Source: Dehalococcoidia bacterium (GTDB taxonomy: Bacteria; Chloroflexota; Dehalococcoidia; UBA2979). Taken from it: DNA of 64,000 nt. Below are positions 19,775-30,476 of this stretch, piece after piece. The stretch lies in contig OZ219872.1 of assembly GCA_964291495.2 (NCBI GenBank), positions 736,001 to 800,000 of the forward strand, in the 5' to 3' direction. The position numbers and the translations under genes are program-made. The notes beneath the pieces were generated by a model that was not told the origin of the DNA, did no database searches, and saw only the letters and a list, made by a program, of their open reading frames with translations. How positions within the stretch are numbered: position 1 is the first letter of the stretch; each line of letters begins with the position of its first letter.

Positions 19775-20686
19775 CTAGATAATCGGACCGCGCGGGTTGA
19801 AGCGCTCGATCGCGTCGCGGAAGCGCTGGTCGCGCCGCCGGTAGGCCTCCTTCGCGCCGTGGTCGCGCCGCTCGGTGAAGAGGTTCCAGTCGTGCTCGCC
19901 GAGGCGCTGCTGCACCTGCAGCGTGTGCGACATGTTGGAGGCCGCCAGCGTCGACTCGAAGCCCAGCGTGTTGTAGGCGAGCCGCGACTGCAGCTTGTGG
20001 ATCGCGATGCCGTCGGTGGGGATCAGGCTCGCGAGGTCCGCCGCCGCCTGCGTCGTCTCCTCGAGGTCATCGAGCGGCACGACGCGGTTGATGAGGCCAC
20101 GCTCGTAGCCCTCCTCGGCGCTGATGAAGCGGCCGAGCAGCATCATCTCGGCGTAGAGCGCGGGACCGAGGCGGAGGATGCTGAAGCTGCTGCTCATCCC
20201 CGCCGCCGCGACCATGCGCGCGGGCGGGCTGCCGATGATCGTGCCCTCCGCCGCGACCAGGATGTCGCAGCCCAGCACGAACTCGAAGGCCCCGCCGAGG
20301 ACGTAGCCCTTGAGCTCGCCGATCACCGCCTTCCTCGACTGGAAGACGGCGCGCAGCACGTTGCGGCCCTCGGCGTCGACGTGGAGGCGGCGGCGCTGGG
20401 TGGGGCGGGTCTTGGTGTCCTCGCCCGGCTCCCAGTACTGCGTGCCCAGCTCCGTCACGTCGTAGCCGCTGGAGAAGCTGCGGCCCTCGCCGCGGAAGAT
20501 GATCGCCTTGACGTCCTCGTGCTCCTTGCCGTTGAGCTGCTCGAACGCCCTCGCGATCTCCAGCTCCTGGCCGGTCAGCCAGCAGTTGAGCCGCTCCGGG
20601 CGGTTGAGGACGACCTGCGCGACCGGCGCCTCCTTGATCACCTTCACGTACTGGCTCTCGTCGTCGATGTACCAGGTCTCGCTCAT
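19775..20686 (-). CDS. Enoyl-CoA hydratase/isomerase family protein
   Basis: LNRPERLN, FSSGYD, GYVLGGAFE, CDILVAAE, GLINRVVP; start MSETWY at 20686 (alternative 20710). Confidence 0.9.
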   Translation of the reverse strand: MSETWYIDDESQYVKVIKEAPVAQVVLNRPERLNCWLTGQELEIARAFEQLNGKEHEDVKAIIFRGEGRSFSSGYDVTELGTQYWEPGEDTKTRPTQRRRLHVDAEGRNVLRAVFQSRKAVIGELKGYVLGGAFEFVLGCDILVAAEGTIIGSPPARMVAAAGMSSSFSILRLGPALYAEMMLLGRFISAEEGYERGLINRVVPLDDLEETTQAAADLASLIPTDGIAIHKLQSRLAYNTLGFESTLAASNMSHTLQVQQRLGEHDWNLFTERRDHGAKEAYRRRDQRFRDAIERFNPRGPII

Positions 20687-20799
20687 CGCCCCGCCTGTCT
20701 CGCTGCTCATCGAGGGCGCGGCCCATCGGCCGCGCGCTCCGGGCATTCTGGCGCAGCACGGGTAACGCGGCAACGAGCGCCCTGGTGCCCCGTACGCGG

Positions 20800-21230
20800 A
20801 GAGAGGGGACCGGACCGGCCTTCGGGGCGTTGCCCGCTCTCCCTCACCGCGGGGGGTGTGGGCGGATTCCCCCACAACGCACTGGCTCTCCCTCCGCGAG
20901 GGGAGGGACGGACCGGGCTCGAAGCGACGTTGCGCCCTCGAAATCCCGGCGGGGGCGTGGGGCTTCGCCCCCACAAAAAAAGAAATCCGAGGGCGGGTGG
21001 GTGGGCCCGAGCCGCGCGGAGCGCGTGCTCGTTCCGACTCCCGCCGGGCATGCGCCCCGAGGGCGCAACAACTCCTTGAGCCCGGAGCAGCGTCAGCGAG
21101 CCCCCTCACCCCAACCCTCTCCCCCAGGAGAGGGGGCCGGAAGGGAGCCGGAGCGCCCCGGCGAAGTTGAGCAAAAGGTCTCCTCGGGGAGAGGGAGCCG
21201 GATCGGGCTTGTGGGAGTTCGCAAAGGTCT
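20800..21230. repeat. Mosaic REP-like repeat cluster
   Basis: CCCTCAC/CTCTCCC/GAGAGGG units, the GGGGGGTGTGGG-n-CCCCCACAA sub-element and a GTGGGG-cttcg-CCCCAC hairpin. Confidence 0.75.
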
Positions 21231-21257
21231 CCCTGGGTAGTGGCGCCGCCGTCCGCG

Positions 21258-22436
21258 CTACGAGCCGTCGCCGGAGGAGTTGCCCCCGAAGTAGGCCTCG
21301 GTGGCCGTGCGGACGCCGAGCACGCGGCGCGCGTGGATCGGCTCGCGGTTCACCCGCGCCCACTGGTTGGAGGCCTGGAGGGGCGCGACGCTGCCCTGGT
21401 AGTGCGGCATCACGTAGCGCGCCAGTAGCTCGTAGCTGCGCAGGATCTTCTCGCGCGGCGCCCAGTCCTCGACGCGCACGAGCATGCCGCCGAAGCCGCC
21501 GCTGATCTCCTGCAGCCGCTCGATCGCCTCGATCATGTCGTCGGGGGTGCCGACGATCACGCCGTGGCGCTCCATCACATACTCGAGCAGGCTGTCGTCG
21601 GACACGTCGGGCCCGGCGTGGCCGAGCGTCTTCTCGAAGTACTCGCGGGTCACGTTCCGGTGGCCGCGGCGCACGTCCTCCATCGCCTCGGCGCGGCTGT
21701 CGGCGAGGTGCACGGGGATCGAGAGCCGCCAGCCCTCGCGCGGCATCTCGTTGCCGTGCTCGGCGGCGGTCTCCTCGGCGATCGACCACAGCTCGGCCAG
21801 CGAGGTCTCGCGCACCAGCCCGCGCGGCGTACTCAGCGAGATCACGCCGGCGCCGTGCTTGCCCGCCGCCGTCACGCCCGCCGGCGTCTGCACGGAGGCG
21901 ACGACGAGCGGGATCGAGGGGTGCTGGTAGGGCCGGATCTGGAGCATCCCGTCGTTCAGCTCGAACCAGTCGCTCTTCACCGTGAACGGCTCGGTCTCCG
22001 TGAAGAGCCGCTTGATGACGCCCAGGCCCTCGTCCATCATCTCGCGCTGCCGCGCCGGGTCGACGCCCATCATGTAGGCGTCCGACGCCAGCGCCCCCGG
22101 CCCCACGCCGAGGATCACGCGCCCCCTCGTGAGGTGGTCGAGCAGCACCATGCGGTCGGCGACCATGAAGGGGTGGTGGTAGGGGATGCTGACCACGCCG
22201 GTGCCGAAGCGGATGTAGCGCGTGCGCTGGGCTGCGGCGGCGATGAACACCTCGGGGCTGGCGATCGTCTCCCAGCCCGCGCTGTGGTGCTCGCCGATGA
22301 ACGCCTCGTCGTAGCCGAGCGCGTCGAGCCACTCGAGCAGCTCGAGGTCGCGCTCGAAGGCGAGCGTCGGGTTCTCGTTGGTGGGGTGGAACGGCGCCAG
22401 GAAGACGCCGAAGGTCATGCGCTCGGGTCGGGCCAT
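21258..22436 (-). CDS. LLM-class flavin-dependent monooxygenase (LimB-like)
   Basis: FGVFLAPFH, GYDEAFIGEHHSAGWE, FGTGVVSIPYHHPF, LDHLTRGR, GVGPGAL. Confidence 0.9.
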   Translation of the reverse strand: MARPERMTFGVFLAPFHPTNENPTLAFERDLELLEWLDALGYDEAFIGEHHSAGWETIASPEVFIAAAAQRTRYIRFGTGVVSIPYHHPFMVADRMVLLDHLTRGRVILGVGPGALASDAYMMGVDPARQREMMDEGLGVIKRLFTETEPFTVKSDWFELNDGMLQIRPYQHPSIPLVVASVQTPAGVTAAGKHGAGVISLSTPRGLVRETSLAELWSIAEETAAEHGNEMPREGWRLSIPVHLADSRAEAMEDVRRGHRNVTREYFEKTLGHAGPDVSDDSLLEYVMERHGVIVGTPDDMIEAIERLQEISGGFGGMLVRVEDWAPREKILRSYELLARYVMPHYQGSVAPLQASNQWARVNREPIHARRVLGVRTATEAYFGGNSSGDGS

Positions 22437-22569
22437 CTCTCGCCTCCCTCGGCTGCGCACCTTACCGCACCTCGCGCGCTACGTGACCGCCCCGGCGTTC
22501 ACATTACGCAACCGGGCCCCACGTAGATGCGGCGGCGGCTATGCTCGGCGGCACAGCAGGAGGCGCACG

Positions 22570-23766
22570 ATGGTCGACTTCACGGACACTCCCGAGCAGG
22601 CGGAATTCCGCGCGCGGGTGCGCGACTTCATCGAGGAGACCGCGACGGTCGCCGAACGCCCGGGGGACGACCCGCTCATGGAGCGGGCCGGGTCCGACTC
22701 GGAGGGCGTCACGCTGCGCTGGCGCAAGGCGCTCGCCGAGCGCGGCTGGCTGGGGCCGCACTGGCCGAAGGAGTACGGCGGCCTCGGCCTCACCGTCACC
22801 GAGCAGTTCATCCTCAACCAGGAGCTCGCCGGGCGCGTCGGGGGGATCTCCGGGCTGCTCGGCATCGCCGTGATGATGTTCGGCCCGACGCTGATCCTGA
22901 CCGGCAGCGAGGAGCAGAAGCAGCAGCACCTGCCGAAGATCCTCACGGACGAGTTCGAGTGGTGCCAGGGCTGGTCCGAGCCGAGCGCCGGCTCCGACCT
23001 CGCCTCGCTGCAGACGCGCGCCAAGCGCGACGGCGACGACTTCATCATCAGTGGGCAGAAGATCTGGACCAGCCGCGCCCACAAGGCGGACGGCATGTAC
23101 TTCATCGCCCGCACGAACCCGGACGCGCCGAAGCACCGCGGCATCTCCTTCTTCTGGATGTACATGGACCTGCCCGGCATCAGCGTGCGCCCGCTGGTCA
23201 ACCTGGCGAACCGCCACAGCTTCAACGAGGTCTTCTTCGAGGACGTGCGCATCCCCGCCGCCAACATGATCGGCGAGGAGGACCGCGGCTGGTACGCCGC
23301 CGCCACCCTGCTCGACTTCGAGCGCTCCGGCATCGGCAACTCGATCGGCGCCAGCCAGCTGGTGAATCGCATCGTCGACCTCGCGAACGAGCTGCCCGAG
23401 GAGGAGACGCATCTCAGCGAGCGTCCGATGCTGCGCGCGCAGTTCGCCGACCGCGCGATCGAGGCGGAGGTGGGAATGCTGTTCTCGTTCCGCATCATGA
23501 CGATGCAGGTGGAGGGCCTGGTCCCGAACATGGAGGCCTCGGTCGCGAAGCTGTTCAACTCGGAGATGACCCAGCGCATCGCGCAGCTGCACATGTCGCT
23601 GCTCGGTCTCTACGGCAACCTCTGGGACGAGCATCGCGAGGAGGGTCAGCACGGCGCGGCGGCGCAGCGCTACCTGCAGGCCGCCTCGTCGACGATCGGC
23701 GGCGGGACGAGCGAGATCCAGCGCAACATCATCGCCACCCGCGGCCTCGCGCTGCCCCGGGGGTAG
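22570..23766 (+). CDS. Acyl-CoA dehydrogenase (FadE17/26/29-like)
   Basis: [54 protein letters not shown]. Confidence 0.93.
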   Translation: MVDFTDTPEQAEFRARVRDFIEETATVAERPGDDPLMERAGSDSEGVTLRWRKALAERGWLGPHWPKEYGGLGLTVTEQFILNQELAGRVGGISGLLGIAVMMFGPTLILTGSEEQKQQHLPKILTDEFEWCQGWSEPSAGSDLASLQTRAKRDGDDFIISGQKIWTSRAHKADGMYFIARTNPDAPKHRGISFFWMYMDLPGISVRPLVNLANRHSFNEVFFEDVRIPAANMIGEEDRGWYAAATLLDFERSGIGNSIGASQLVNRIVDLANELPEEETHLSERPMLRAQFADRAIEAEVGMLFSFRIMTMQVEGLVPNMEASVAKLFNSEMTQRIAQLHMSLLGLYGNLWDEHREEGQHGAAAQRYLQAASSTIGGGTSEIQRNIIATRGLALPRG

Positions 23767-23827
23767 CGCCCCGCCCTCGAGGGCTCCTGCGCCCGGCGAT
23801 TTGCCTGCGCGCTACAATTGTCGCGCG

Positions 23828-25648
23828 ATGAATCTAATGCGCCGGGTCGCCGTGCTCGCCGTCCTCGGTCTGATCCTCGCGGGCTGCACGGGCGGCGGAG
23901 ATACGGAGCCCACGCCGACGCCGAGCGCGGCGACGCCCGTAGCGACGCCGACGGCCACGCCTTCGCCAACGCCCACTCCGACACGAACGCCCACCCCGAC
24001 TGCCACGCCCTCGCCTACTCCGATGCCGACCGCCACCCCGACCCCGACCCCTACCGCCTCGCCGACTTCAACACCCACGCCGACTCCCACACCGACACCA
24101 ACGCCGACGCCCACGCCCTCACCAACCCCGTCGCCCTCACCAACCCCGTCGCCCTCACCGGCAGCGAGCGCCACGCCCACTGCCACGCCCTCGCCAACGC
24201 TGGCGCCCACACCCACTCCGACACCGGTCTCGACCTACCCGGAGATCGTGTTCGTCGGCGACGTCTCGGCCGATCGGCAGGCGGTGTACCACGCTGCCAT
24301 GGAAGACGTGGTGACGTACTACGCCGACCGGTACGGAGTGCAGGCGCCGGCGTTCGCCCTATTCATCGGTACCGATGTTGAAGCTGTCCGCGCCGTCTAT
24401 CGGGAGCTCGGCGCAGCCCGTCCCGAGACGTTCGGATCGGGAGGTAGGGTCGCGCGCCTCCGTGGAGGCACTGATGCCATGTTCCTTGCTGGGTCATTCG
24501 TGAGCGGAGACGGGCCCGCGCACAAGCTCCTCATGGCTCACGAGTACTTCCACGTGTTGCAACGACACCTCAGTGAATTCGCTCCCGGGCCACCGCCATG
24601 GCTGGTCGAAGGTTCCGCTCACTACACCGCGCTCCTGTACATCTCCGATGAAGGAATCCGGCCCTATGACGTGGATCGAAGAAATGTGATTTCATTCGCG
24701 GCCGGACTGGACATCCCGTTCAGAGACTTGGACCACGACCTTGCCCATTGGCGAGAGCAATTGGGGGAGGTATACAACGCCGGCGTGCTGGCAAGTGAGT
24801 GGCTAATCAATGAGGTGGGCACGAGCGCATACATCGACTTCTGGCGACTCCTCGCAACCGAGACAACCTGGCAGGCGGCGTTCTCAGCCGCGTTCGGTAT
24901 TTCCGTCGACGAGTTTCACGACGCCTTCGAGGAGCACACGACCGATCTGTTCGCGGATCTCCAGCGGATCGAAGGTGTCGTGCTCGGGCCGGACGGAGAG
25001 CCGCTCAACGGGGTCGGTGTGGAAGCGTGGCATGGCGGAAGGGTCGGCAGTGGCACCGCCGAGACGAGGGCGCAGGGTGCATTTGCCGTCCGCGTCTGGG
25101 ATGGCACGTACCACCTGCACATATACCCGGACCGCTCGGCCCTGACCCGGTTCGCAGGCTGGTTGAAGGCGGGCGGCGGCCTGACCGCAGAATGCGACGA
25201 AGCTGCCATCGTCGCCGTCGAAGGCGCCGACGTCACAGGTATCGTCATCAGGCTCCCGGCCGGCTGGGACGAGAACCTTCCCACGCTGGCGTCCACCCAA
25301 TGGGCCTGTGTCGCCCTGCCGAAGGTTCGCGGCGCCGTCCTCGGCCCCGATGGAGCACCGGCCGAACGGATCGGCCTGTGGTTGTGGGGCGGATCGAACG
25401 ACAACAGCAAGTTCGCGGGGAACGCCCCCGACGGCACATTCGATCTCGCGCACCAGAACGGCACCTTCGTCCTCAGGGTGTACGTCTGGCGCGATGCCGC
25501 CTGGGATCACATCGGTTGGTACGGCGGCGACACCAGCTTCACGACCGACTTGGCGCAGGCCACCAGGATCGAGGTGGACGATGCGAACGTGACCGGCATC
25601 GAGATCCGCCTCCCCGCCGACCCCGCCGACCTGCCAACCATCGAGTAG
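23828..25648 (+). CDS. Lipoprotein with PT linker, HEXXH domain and two C-terminal beta-sandwich (carboxypeptidase-regulatory-like) repeats
   Basis: LAGC lipobox, [20 protein letters not shown] x2, VTGI.IRLP x2. Confidence 0.78.
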   Translation: MNLMRRVAVLAVLGLILAGCTGGGDTEPTPTPSAATPVATPTATPSPTPTPTRTPTPTATPSPTPMPTATPTPTPTASPTSTPTPTPTPTPTPTPTPSPTPSPSPTPSPSPAASATPTATPSPTLAPTPTPTPVSTYPEIVFVGDVSADRQAVYHAAMEDVVTYYADRYGVQAPAFALFIGTDVEAVRAVYRELGAARPETFGSGGRVARLRGGTDAMFLAGSFVSGDGPAHKLLMAHEYFHVLQRHLSEFAPGPPPWLVEGSAHYTALLYISDEGIRPYDVDRRNVISFAAGLDIPFRDLDHDLAHWREQLGEVYNAGVLASEWLINEVGTSAYIDFWRLLATETTWQAAFSAAFGISVDEFHDAFEEHTTDLFADLQRIEGVVLGPDGEPLNGVGVEAWHGGRVGSGTAETRAQGAFAVRVWDGTYHLHIYPDRSALTRFAGWLKAGGGLTAECDEAAIVAVEGADVTGIVIRLPAGWDENLPTLASTQWACVALPKVRGAVLGPDGAPAERIGLWLWGGSNDNSKFAGNAPDGTFDLAHQNGTFVLRVYVWRDAAWDHIGWYGGDTSFTTDLAQATRIEVDDANVTGIEIRLPADPADLPTIE

Positions 25649-25732
25649 CACACGCCCCCTCCCGCGACGCGCTACCCTGCCCACGCCCCACCGAGGGCGC
25701 ACGAGGGCGCGCGGACGCGGAGGAGCGGCGCG

Positions 25733-27304
25733 ATGGTCTGGCAGGACAGGCTCGACGAGATCAAGCAACGCACCGAGCTGGCGCGCGCCGGCGGCGAGCC
25801 CGACCGCATCGAGCGCCAGCACGCGCGCGGCCAGCACACGATCCGCGAGCGCCTCGACATCCTGCTCGACGACGGCTCCTTCCACGAGGTCGGCGCCCTC
25901 GCAGGCGCGGGGCTCTACGAGGACGGCCGCCTCACGGACTTCACCCCCGCGCCCTACGTCATGGGCCTCGGCAAGATCGACGGGCGGCATGTCGCGATCG
26001 GCGGCGAGGACTTCACGATCCGCGGCGGCTCCGCCAAGCACTTCCACCAGCGCGTCAAGGGCGGCGACGTCGGCGGCTTCCCCGAGGAGCTCGCCCGCGA
26101 GTACCTGATCCCGCTCGTCCTGCTGATCGAGGGCGGCGGCGGCAACGTCCAGCGCATCGCCTCGGAGGGCGCGCCGCCGCTCTTCGCCGGCAACCACCAG
26201 TTCATGCCCGCCGTCGAGGCGATGATGTACGTCCCGGTCGTCGGCGCGGTGCTCGGCTTCGCCGCCGGCGGCCCGGCCGGCCGCTCCCAGCTCGTGCACT
26301 GGAGCGTGATGACGAAGGAGACGTCCGCCGTCTTCGCCGCCGGGCCGCCGGTCGTGCGGCGGGCGATGGGCCAGGAGCTGACACCTCGCGAGCTCGGTGG
26401 CCCGCAGATCCACGTCCGCGAGTCCGGCTGCATCGACAACGAGGCGGCCGACGAGGAGGACGCCTTCCGCCAGATCAAGGCGTTCCTCTCCTACATGCCC
26501 TCCAACGTCTTCGAGCTGCCACCCGTCGCCGAGTTCAACGACGCGCCGCCCGACCCCGGGCCGATCGCCGACATCGTGCCGCGCGACCGGCGGCGCCCCT
26601 ACCAGATGCACAAGATCCTGCAGGCGACGCTGGACCGCGGCTCGATCTTCGAGATCAAGCCGCACTACGGGCTGAGCCTGATCACGGCGCTCGCGCGCGT
26701 GAACGGGCACCCGGTCGGCGTGATCGCCAACAACCCGCTGGCCTACGGGGGCGCCCTCGACGGCGACGGGGCGGAGAAGCAGGCGCACTTCATCGACATG
26801 TGCGACTACTTCCATATCCCGCTCGTCTTCTTCGTCGACGTGCCCGGCTTCGCCGTCGGCCCCGAGGCGGAGCGCGCGGCGACCCTCAAGCGCGGCATCC
26901 GCGCCGCCTGGGCGGGGATGCAGGCGACCGTGCCCGCGCTGTCGATCGTCGTGCGCAAGTGCTACGGCATGGCCGGCATGATCCCCGGCGACTCGCGGCT
27001 GCGCTACAAGGTCGCCTGGCCGAGCGCGGACTGGGGCATCCTGCCCATCGAGGGCGGCGTCGAGGCCGCCTACCGCCGTGAGATCGAGGCCTCGCCAGAC
27101 CCGGACGCGCGCCGCCGCGAGCTGGAGGACGAGTTCGCGGAGATGAGCAACATCTTCCGCACCGCCGAGGCCTTCGGCGTCGAGGAGATCATCGACCCCC
27201 TGGAGACGCGCACGCACCTCGAGCGCTTCGTCGAGCACGCCTACCGCGTGCTCCCGCACGAGCTGGCCGACGGCCCGAAGTCGCGCCCCGGCGTGCGGCC
27301 GTAG
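25733..27304 (+). CDS. Acyl-CoA carboxylase carboxyltransferase subunit, copy 1
   Basis: [48 protein letters not shown]. Confidence 0.92.
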   Translation: MVWQDRLDEIKQRTELARAGGEPDRIERQHARGQHTIRERLDILLDDGSFHEVGALAGAGLYEDGRLTDFTPAPYVMGLGKIDGRHVAIGGEDFTIRGGSAKHFHQRVKGGDVGGFPEELAREYLIPLVLLIEGGGGNVQRIASEGAPPLFAGNHQFMPAVEAMMYVPVVGAVLGFAAGGPAGRSQLVHWSVMTKETSAVFAAGPPVVRRAMGQELTPRELGGPQIHVRESGCIDNEAADEEDAFRQIKAFLSYMPSNVFELPPVAEFNDAPPDPGPIADIVPRDRRRPYQMHKILQATLDRGSIFEIKPHYGLSLITALARVNGHPVGVIANNPLAYGGALDGDGAEKQAHFIDMCDYFHIPLVFFVDVPGFAVGPEAERAATLKRGIRAAWAGMQATVPALSIVVRKCYGMAGMIPGDSRLRYKVAWPSADWGILPIEGGVEAAYRREIEASPDPDARRRELEDEFAEMSNIFRTAEAFGVEEIIDPLETRTHLERFVEHAYRVLPHELADGPKSRPGVRP

Positions 27305-27329
27305 GGGCCTCGAGGGCGAGGAGCGGCGC

Positions 27330-28901
27330 ATGGTCTGGCAGGACAGGCTCGACGAGATCAGGCGGCGCACCGAGCTGGCGCATGCGGGCGGCGAGCCGGA
27401 CCGCATCGCCCGGCAGCACTCACGCGGCCAGTACACGATCCGCGAGCGCCTCGACCGGCTACTCGACAAGGGCTCGTTCCATGAGGTCGGCGTGCTCGCC
27501 GGCGCGGGCGAGTACGAGGACGGGAGCCTCACCGGGTTCACCCCCGCGCCGTACGTGATGGGCCTCGGCAAGATCGACGGGCGGCACGTCGCCATCGGCG
27601 GCGAGGACTTCACGATCCGCGGCGGCTCCGCCAAGCAGTTCAAGCAGCGTGACAAGGGCGGCGACACCGGCGGCTTCCCCGAGGACGTCGCGCGCGAGTA
27701 CCTCGTCCCGCTCGTCCTGCTGATCGAGGGCGGCGGCGGCAGCGTCACGACCATGGCCACCGAGGGCGCCCCGCAGCTCGTCATCGGCAACTACCAGTTC
27801 CAGGAAGCCGTCGAGGCGATGCTCCATGTGCCCGTCGTCGGGGCGATCCTCGGTTACGCGGCGGGCGGTCCGGCCGGCCGCTCGCAGCTCGTGCACTGGA
27901 GCGTGATGACGAAGGAGACCTCCGCCGTCTTCGCCGCGGGGCCTCCTCTCGTCCGCCGCGCCATGGGCCAGGAGCTGACGCCGCGCGAGCTTGGCGGGCC
28001 GCAGATCCACGTCCGCGAGTCCGGCTGCATCGACAACGAGGCGGCCGACGAGGAGGACGCCTTCCGCCAGATCCGCGCCTTCCTCTCCTACATGCCCTCG
28101 AACGTCTACGAGCTGCCCCCCGTGGCCGAGTTCAACGGCGGCCTCCCCGACCCCGAGCCGCTGGCCGACATCGTCCCGCGCGACCGCCGCCGCCCCTACT
28201 CGATGCACAAGATCCTGCAATCGACGCTCGACGAGGGCTCGATCTTCGAGATCAAGCCGCACTACGGGCTGAGCCTGATCACCGCCTTCGCGCGCATCAA
28301 CGGCCATCCCGTGGGCGTCGTCGCCAACAACCCGCTCGCCTACGGGGGCGCCCTCGACGGCGACGGGGCGGAGAAGCAGGCGCACTTCGTCGACATGTGC
28401 GACTACTTCCACATCCCCCTCGTGTTCTTCGTCGACGCGCCCGGCTTCGCGATCGGCCCCGAGGCCGAGCGCGCGGCCACGCTGCGCCGGGGCATCCGCG
28501 CCGCCTGGGCGGGCATGCAGGCGACCGTCCCGGCGATCACGATCATCGTGCGCAAGTGCTACGGCATGGGCGGCATGGTCCCCGGCGACTCGCGGCTGCG
28601 CTATCGCATCGCCTGGCCGAGCGGCGAGTGGGGCAGCCTGCCGATCGAGGGCGGCGTCGAGGCCGCCTACCGCCGCGAGATCGAGGCCTCCCCTGACCCG
28701 GACGCCCGCCGCCGCGAGCTGGAGGACGAGTTCGCGCGGATGAGCAACATCTTCCGCACCGCCGAGGCCTTCGGCGTCGAGGAGATCATCGACCCGCGCG
28801 AGACGCGCTCGCACCTCGAGCGCTTCGTGGAGCACGCCTACCGCGTGCTCCCGCACGAGCTGGGCGGCGGCCCGAAGCGCCGCCGCGGCGTGCAGCCGTA
28901 G
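27330..28901 (+). CDS. Acyl-CoA carboxylase carboxyltransferase subunit, copy 2
   Basis: Same length (523 aa) and motifs as copy 1; shared upstream GAGGAGCGGCGC. Confidence 0.92.
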   Translation: MVWQDRLDEIRRRTELAHAGGEPDRIARQHSRGQYTIRERLDRLLDKGSFHEVGVLAGAGEYEDGSLTGFTPAPYVMGLGKIDGRHVAIGGEDFTIRGGSAKQFKQRDKGGDTGGFPEDVAREYLVPLVLLIEGGGGSVTTMATEGAPQLVIGNYQFQEAVEAMLHVPVVGAILGYAAGGPAGRSQLVHWSVMTKETSAVFAAGPPLVRRAMGQELTPRELGGPQIHVRESGCIDNEAADEEDAFRQIRAFLSYMPSNVYELPPVAEFNGGLPDPEPLADIVPRDRRRPYSMHKILQSTLDEGSIFEIKPHYGLSLITAFARINGHPVGVVANNPLAYGGALDGDGAEKQAHFVDMCDYFHIPLVFFVDAPGFAIGPEAERAATLRRGIRAAWAGMQATVPAITIIVRKCYGMGGMVPGDSRLRYRIAWPSGEWGSLPIEGGVEAAYRREIEASPDPDARRRELEDEFARMSNIFRTAEAFGVEEIIDPRETRSHLERFVEHAYRVLPHELGGGPKRRRGVQP

Positions 28902-28942
28902 GCACGAGCGTCCGCGCGGCCGACGGCCGTGTAGGCTCGGGC

Positions 28943-30409
28943 GTGATGACCCTCGTGATTCGCTCGATCGCTGCGCTTGCTGTCCTCGCCATGGCCCTCG
29001 CGGGCTGCACGGGCGGCGAGGAGGACGCGGAGCCGGCAGCCGCGACGAGCGTCGCCACGCCCGTGGCGACGGCGCCGGCGACACCAACGCCCGCACCGGC
29101 GGCGACGCCCACGCCTGCCTCGACCGCCACGCCCTCGCCGACTGCGACGCCGACCTCGACGCCCACTCCAGCTCGCACCCCAACCCCGCCGACGCCGACC
29201 GCGACGGCGACTCCAACCGCCACGCCCCCACCAACCCCGTCGCCCACGTCGACCCCGACGCCCTCACCTACTCCGACGCGGACTCCCACGCCTGCGCCCA
29301 CAGCCACGCCTTCGCCCACTCCCACTGCGACCGCGACGCTGACGCCAGCATCAACACCGACGCCAGCCTCAGTCCCGCTGTATCCGGAGATCGTGTTTGT
29401 GGGCGACGTGGATCCCACCACGCAGGCCGCCTACCGCGCGTCGATGGAGGAAGTGGTGGCGTCCTACTCCGATCGGTACGGTGTGGAGTTCGACTTCGCC
29501 GTATACATCGGCGCTGACATCGAGGCTATTCGGGGCGCGCTTCAAGATCTGGGAATAAGAAACCCCGCCCTACACAACGTCAGGGGTACGATCTGGAACA
29601 TTCGGGGTACATGGGCGCTGCTCGTCGCTGGTAGCTACGGTGTCGCATGGGCCGACGCCGGAGTTCTGGCCCACGAGTACTTTCATATTCTGCAGCAAGT
29701 GCTGTCCGACGCTTCCCGGCTCGCGACCCCGCGCTGGCTCGTCGAGGGGGGCGCCGTATACCAACAGTGGCTCTACAGCGGACGCTGGGAGGGCTACCGC
29801 CAGAGGGCCATCATCTACAGCTCGAATTGCGAGGGCGAGCTGCGCGACTTCGAGAGCTTCGAGATAACCGCCATCGAAGTGGCGTGCGGCTATCCTGCGG
29901 GCGCATTCGCGAGCGAATGGCTCGCCCGGCACGCCGGAGCCTATTCGCACATTCGCTACTGGGAACTGCTTAGCGCGAGCAGGACCTGGGGGGACGCGTT
30001 CACCTCGGCCTTCGAGATTGCGCCCGACCAGTTCTACGAGGCGTTCCAGGAGCACCTCGAGGAGTCACTCTCCGAGCTCGACGCCGGGAGGGTAGAGGGC
30101 GTCGTGCTCGGGCCAGACGGCGAGGGGTTCGACGGCATCGGCCTCACATTGCGGGGGCACTCGGTTTGGATCGCCGAGCCGAATCAAGCAGGTAGCTTCG
30201 GTCTCTACCTCTTCAGTGGGACGTACAGGATCATGCTGCACGCCCTGGCAGGGGCCACAGGCCCGCGTCACATCGGGTGGTATGGCGGTGAGAGCGGGTT
30301 CACCGCCGACGATGCACTCGCAACAGCGATCGAGGTCGACGGCGCCGACGTCACCGGCATCGAGATCCGCCTCCCCGCCAACCCCGCCGACCTGCCGACG
30401 ATCGAATAG
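28943..30409 (+). CDS. Lipoprotein with PT linker, HEXXH domain and one C-terminal beta-sandwich repeat
   Basis: LAGC, AHEYFH, WLVEGGA; C-terminus nearly identical to that of 23828-25648. Confidence 0.78.
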   Translation: MMTLVIRSIAALAVLAMALAGCTGGEEDAEPAAATSVATPVATAPATPTPAPAATPTPASTATPSPTATPTSTPTPARTPTPPTPTATATPTATPPPTPSPTSTPTPSPTPTRTPTPAPTATPSPTPTATATLTPASTPTPASVPLYPEIVFVGDVDPTTQAAYRASMEEVVASYSDRYGVEFDFAVYIGADIEAIRGALQDLGIRNPALHNVRGTIWNIRGTWALLVAGSYGVAWADAGVLAHEYFHILQQVLSDASRLATPRWLVEGGAVYQQWLYSGRWEGYRQRAIIYSSNCEGELRDFESFEITAIEVACGYPAGAFASEWLARHAGAYSHIRYWELLSASRTWGDAFTSAFEIAPDQFYEAFQEHLEESLSELDAGRVEGVVLGPDGEGFDGIGLTLRGHSVWIAEPNQAGSFGLYLFSGTYRIMLHALAGATGPRHIGWYGGESGFTADDALATAIEVDGADVTGIEIRLPANPADLPTIE

Positions 30410-30476
30410 CCGGCGCCCCCCGAGTCGTACGCCGCCCGCGCCCGGACGCAGGTGGCCCTAGCCTCGACCGCTCTCG

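Noticed and set aside
20707-21240. Small ORFs in repeat-rich intergenic regions (also 60887-61482 and 16088-16555)
   Set aside because: They are translations of REP-like repeats (PLTPALS-type peptides) without coding signature
23900-24230. Pro/Thr-coding low-complexity tracts as DNA repeat elements (also 29040-29370 and 41830-41990)
   Set aside because: Mostly synonymous-degenerate protein linkers rather than nucleotide-level elements
23828-30409. Diversity-generating retroelement acting on the lipoproteins
   Set aside because: No reverse transcriptase and no template repeat with adenine-specific mismatches were seen
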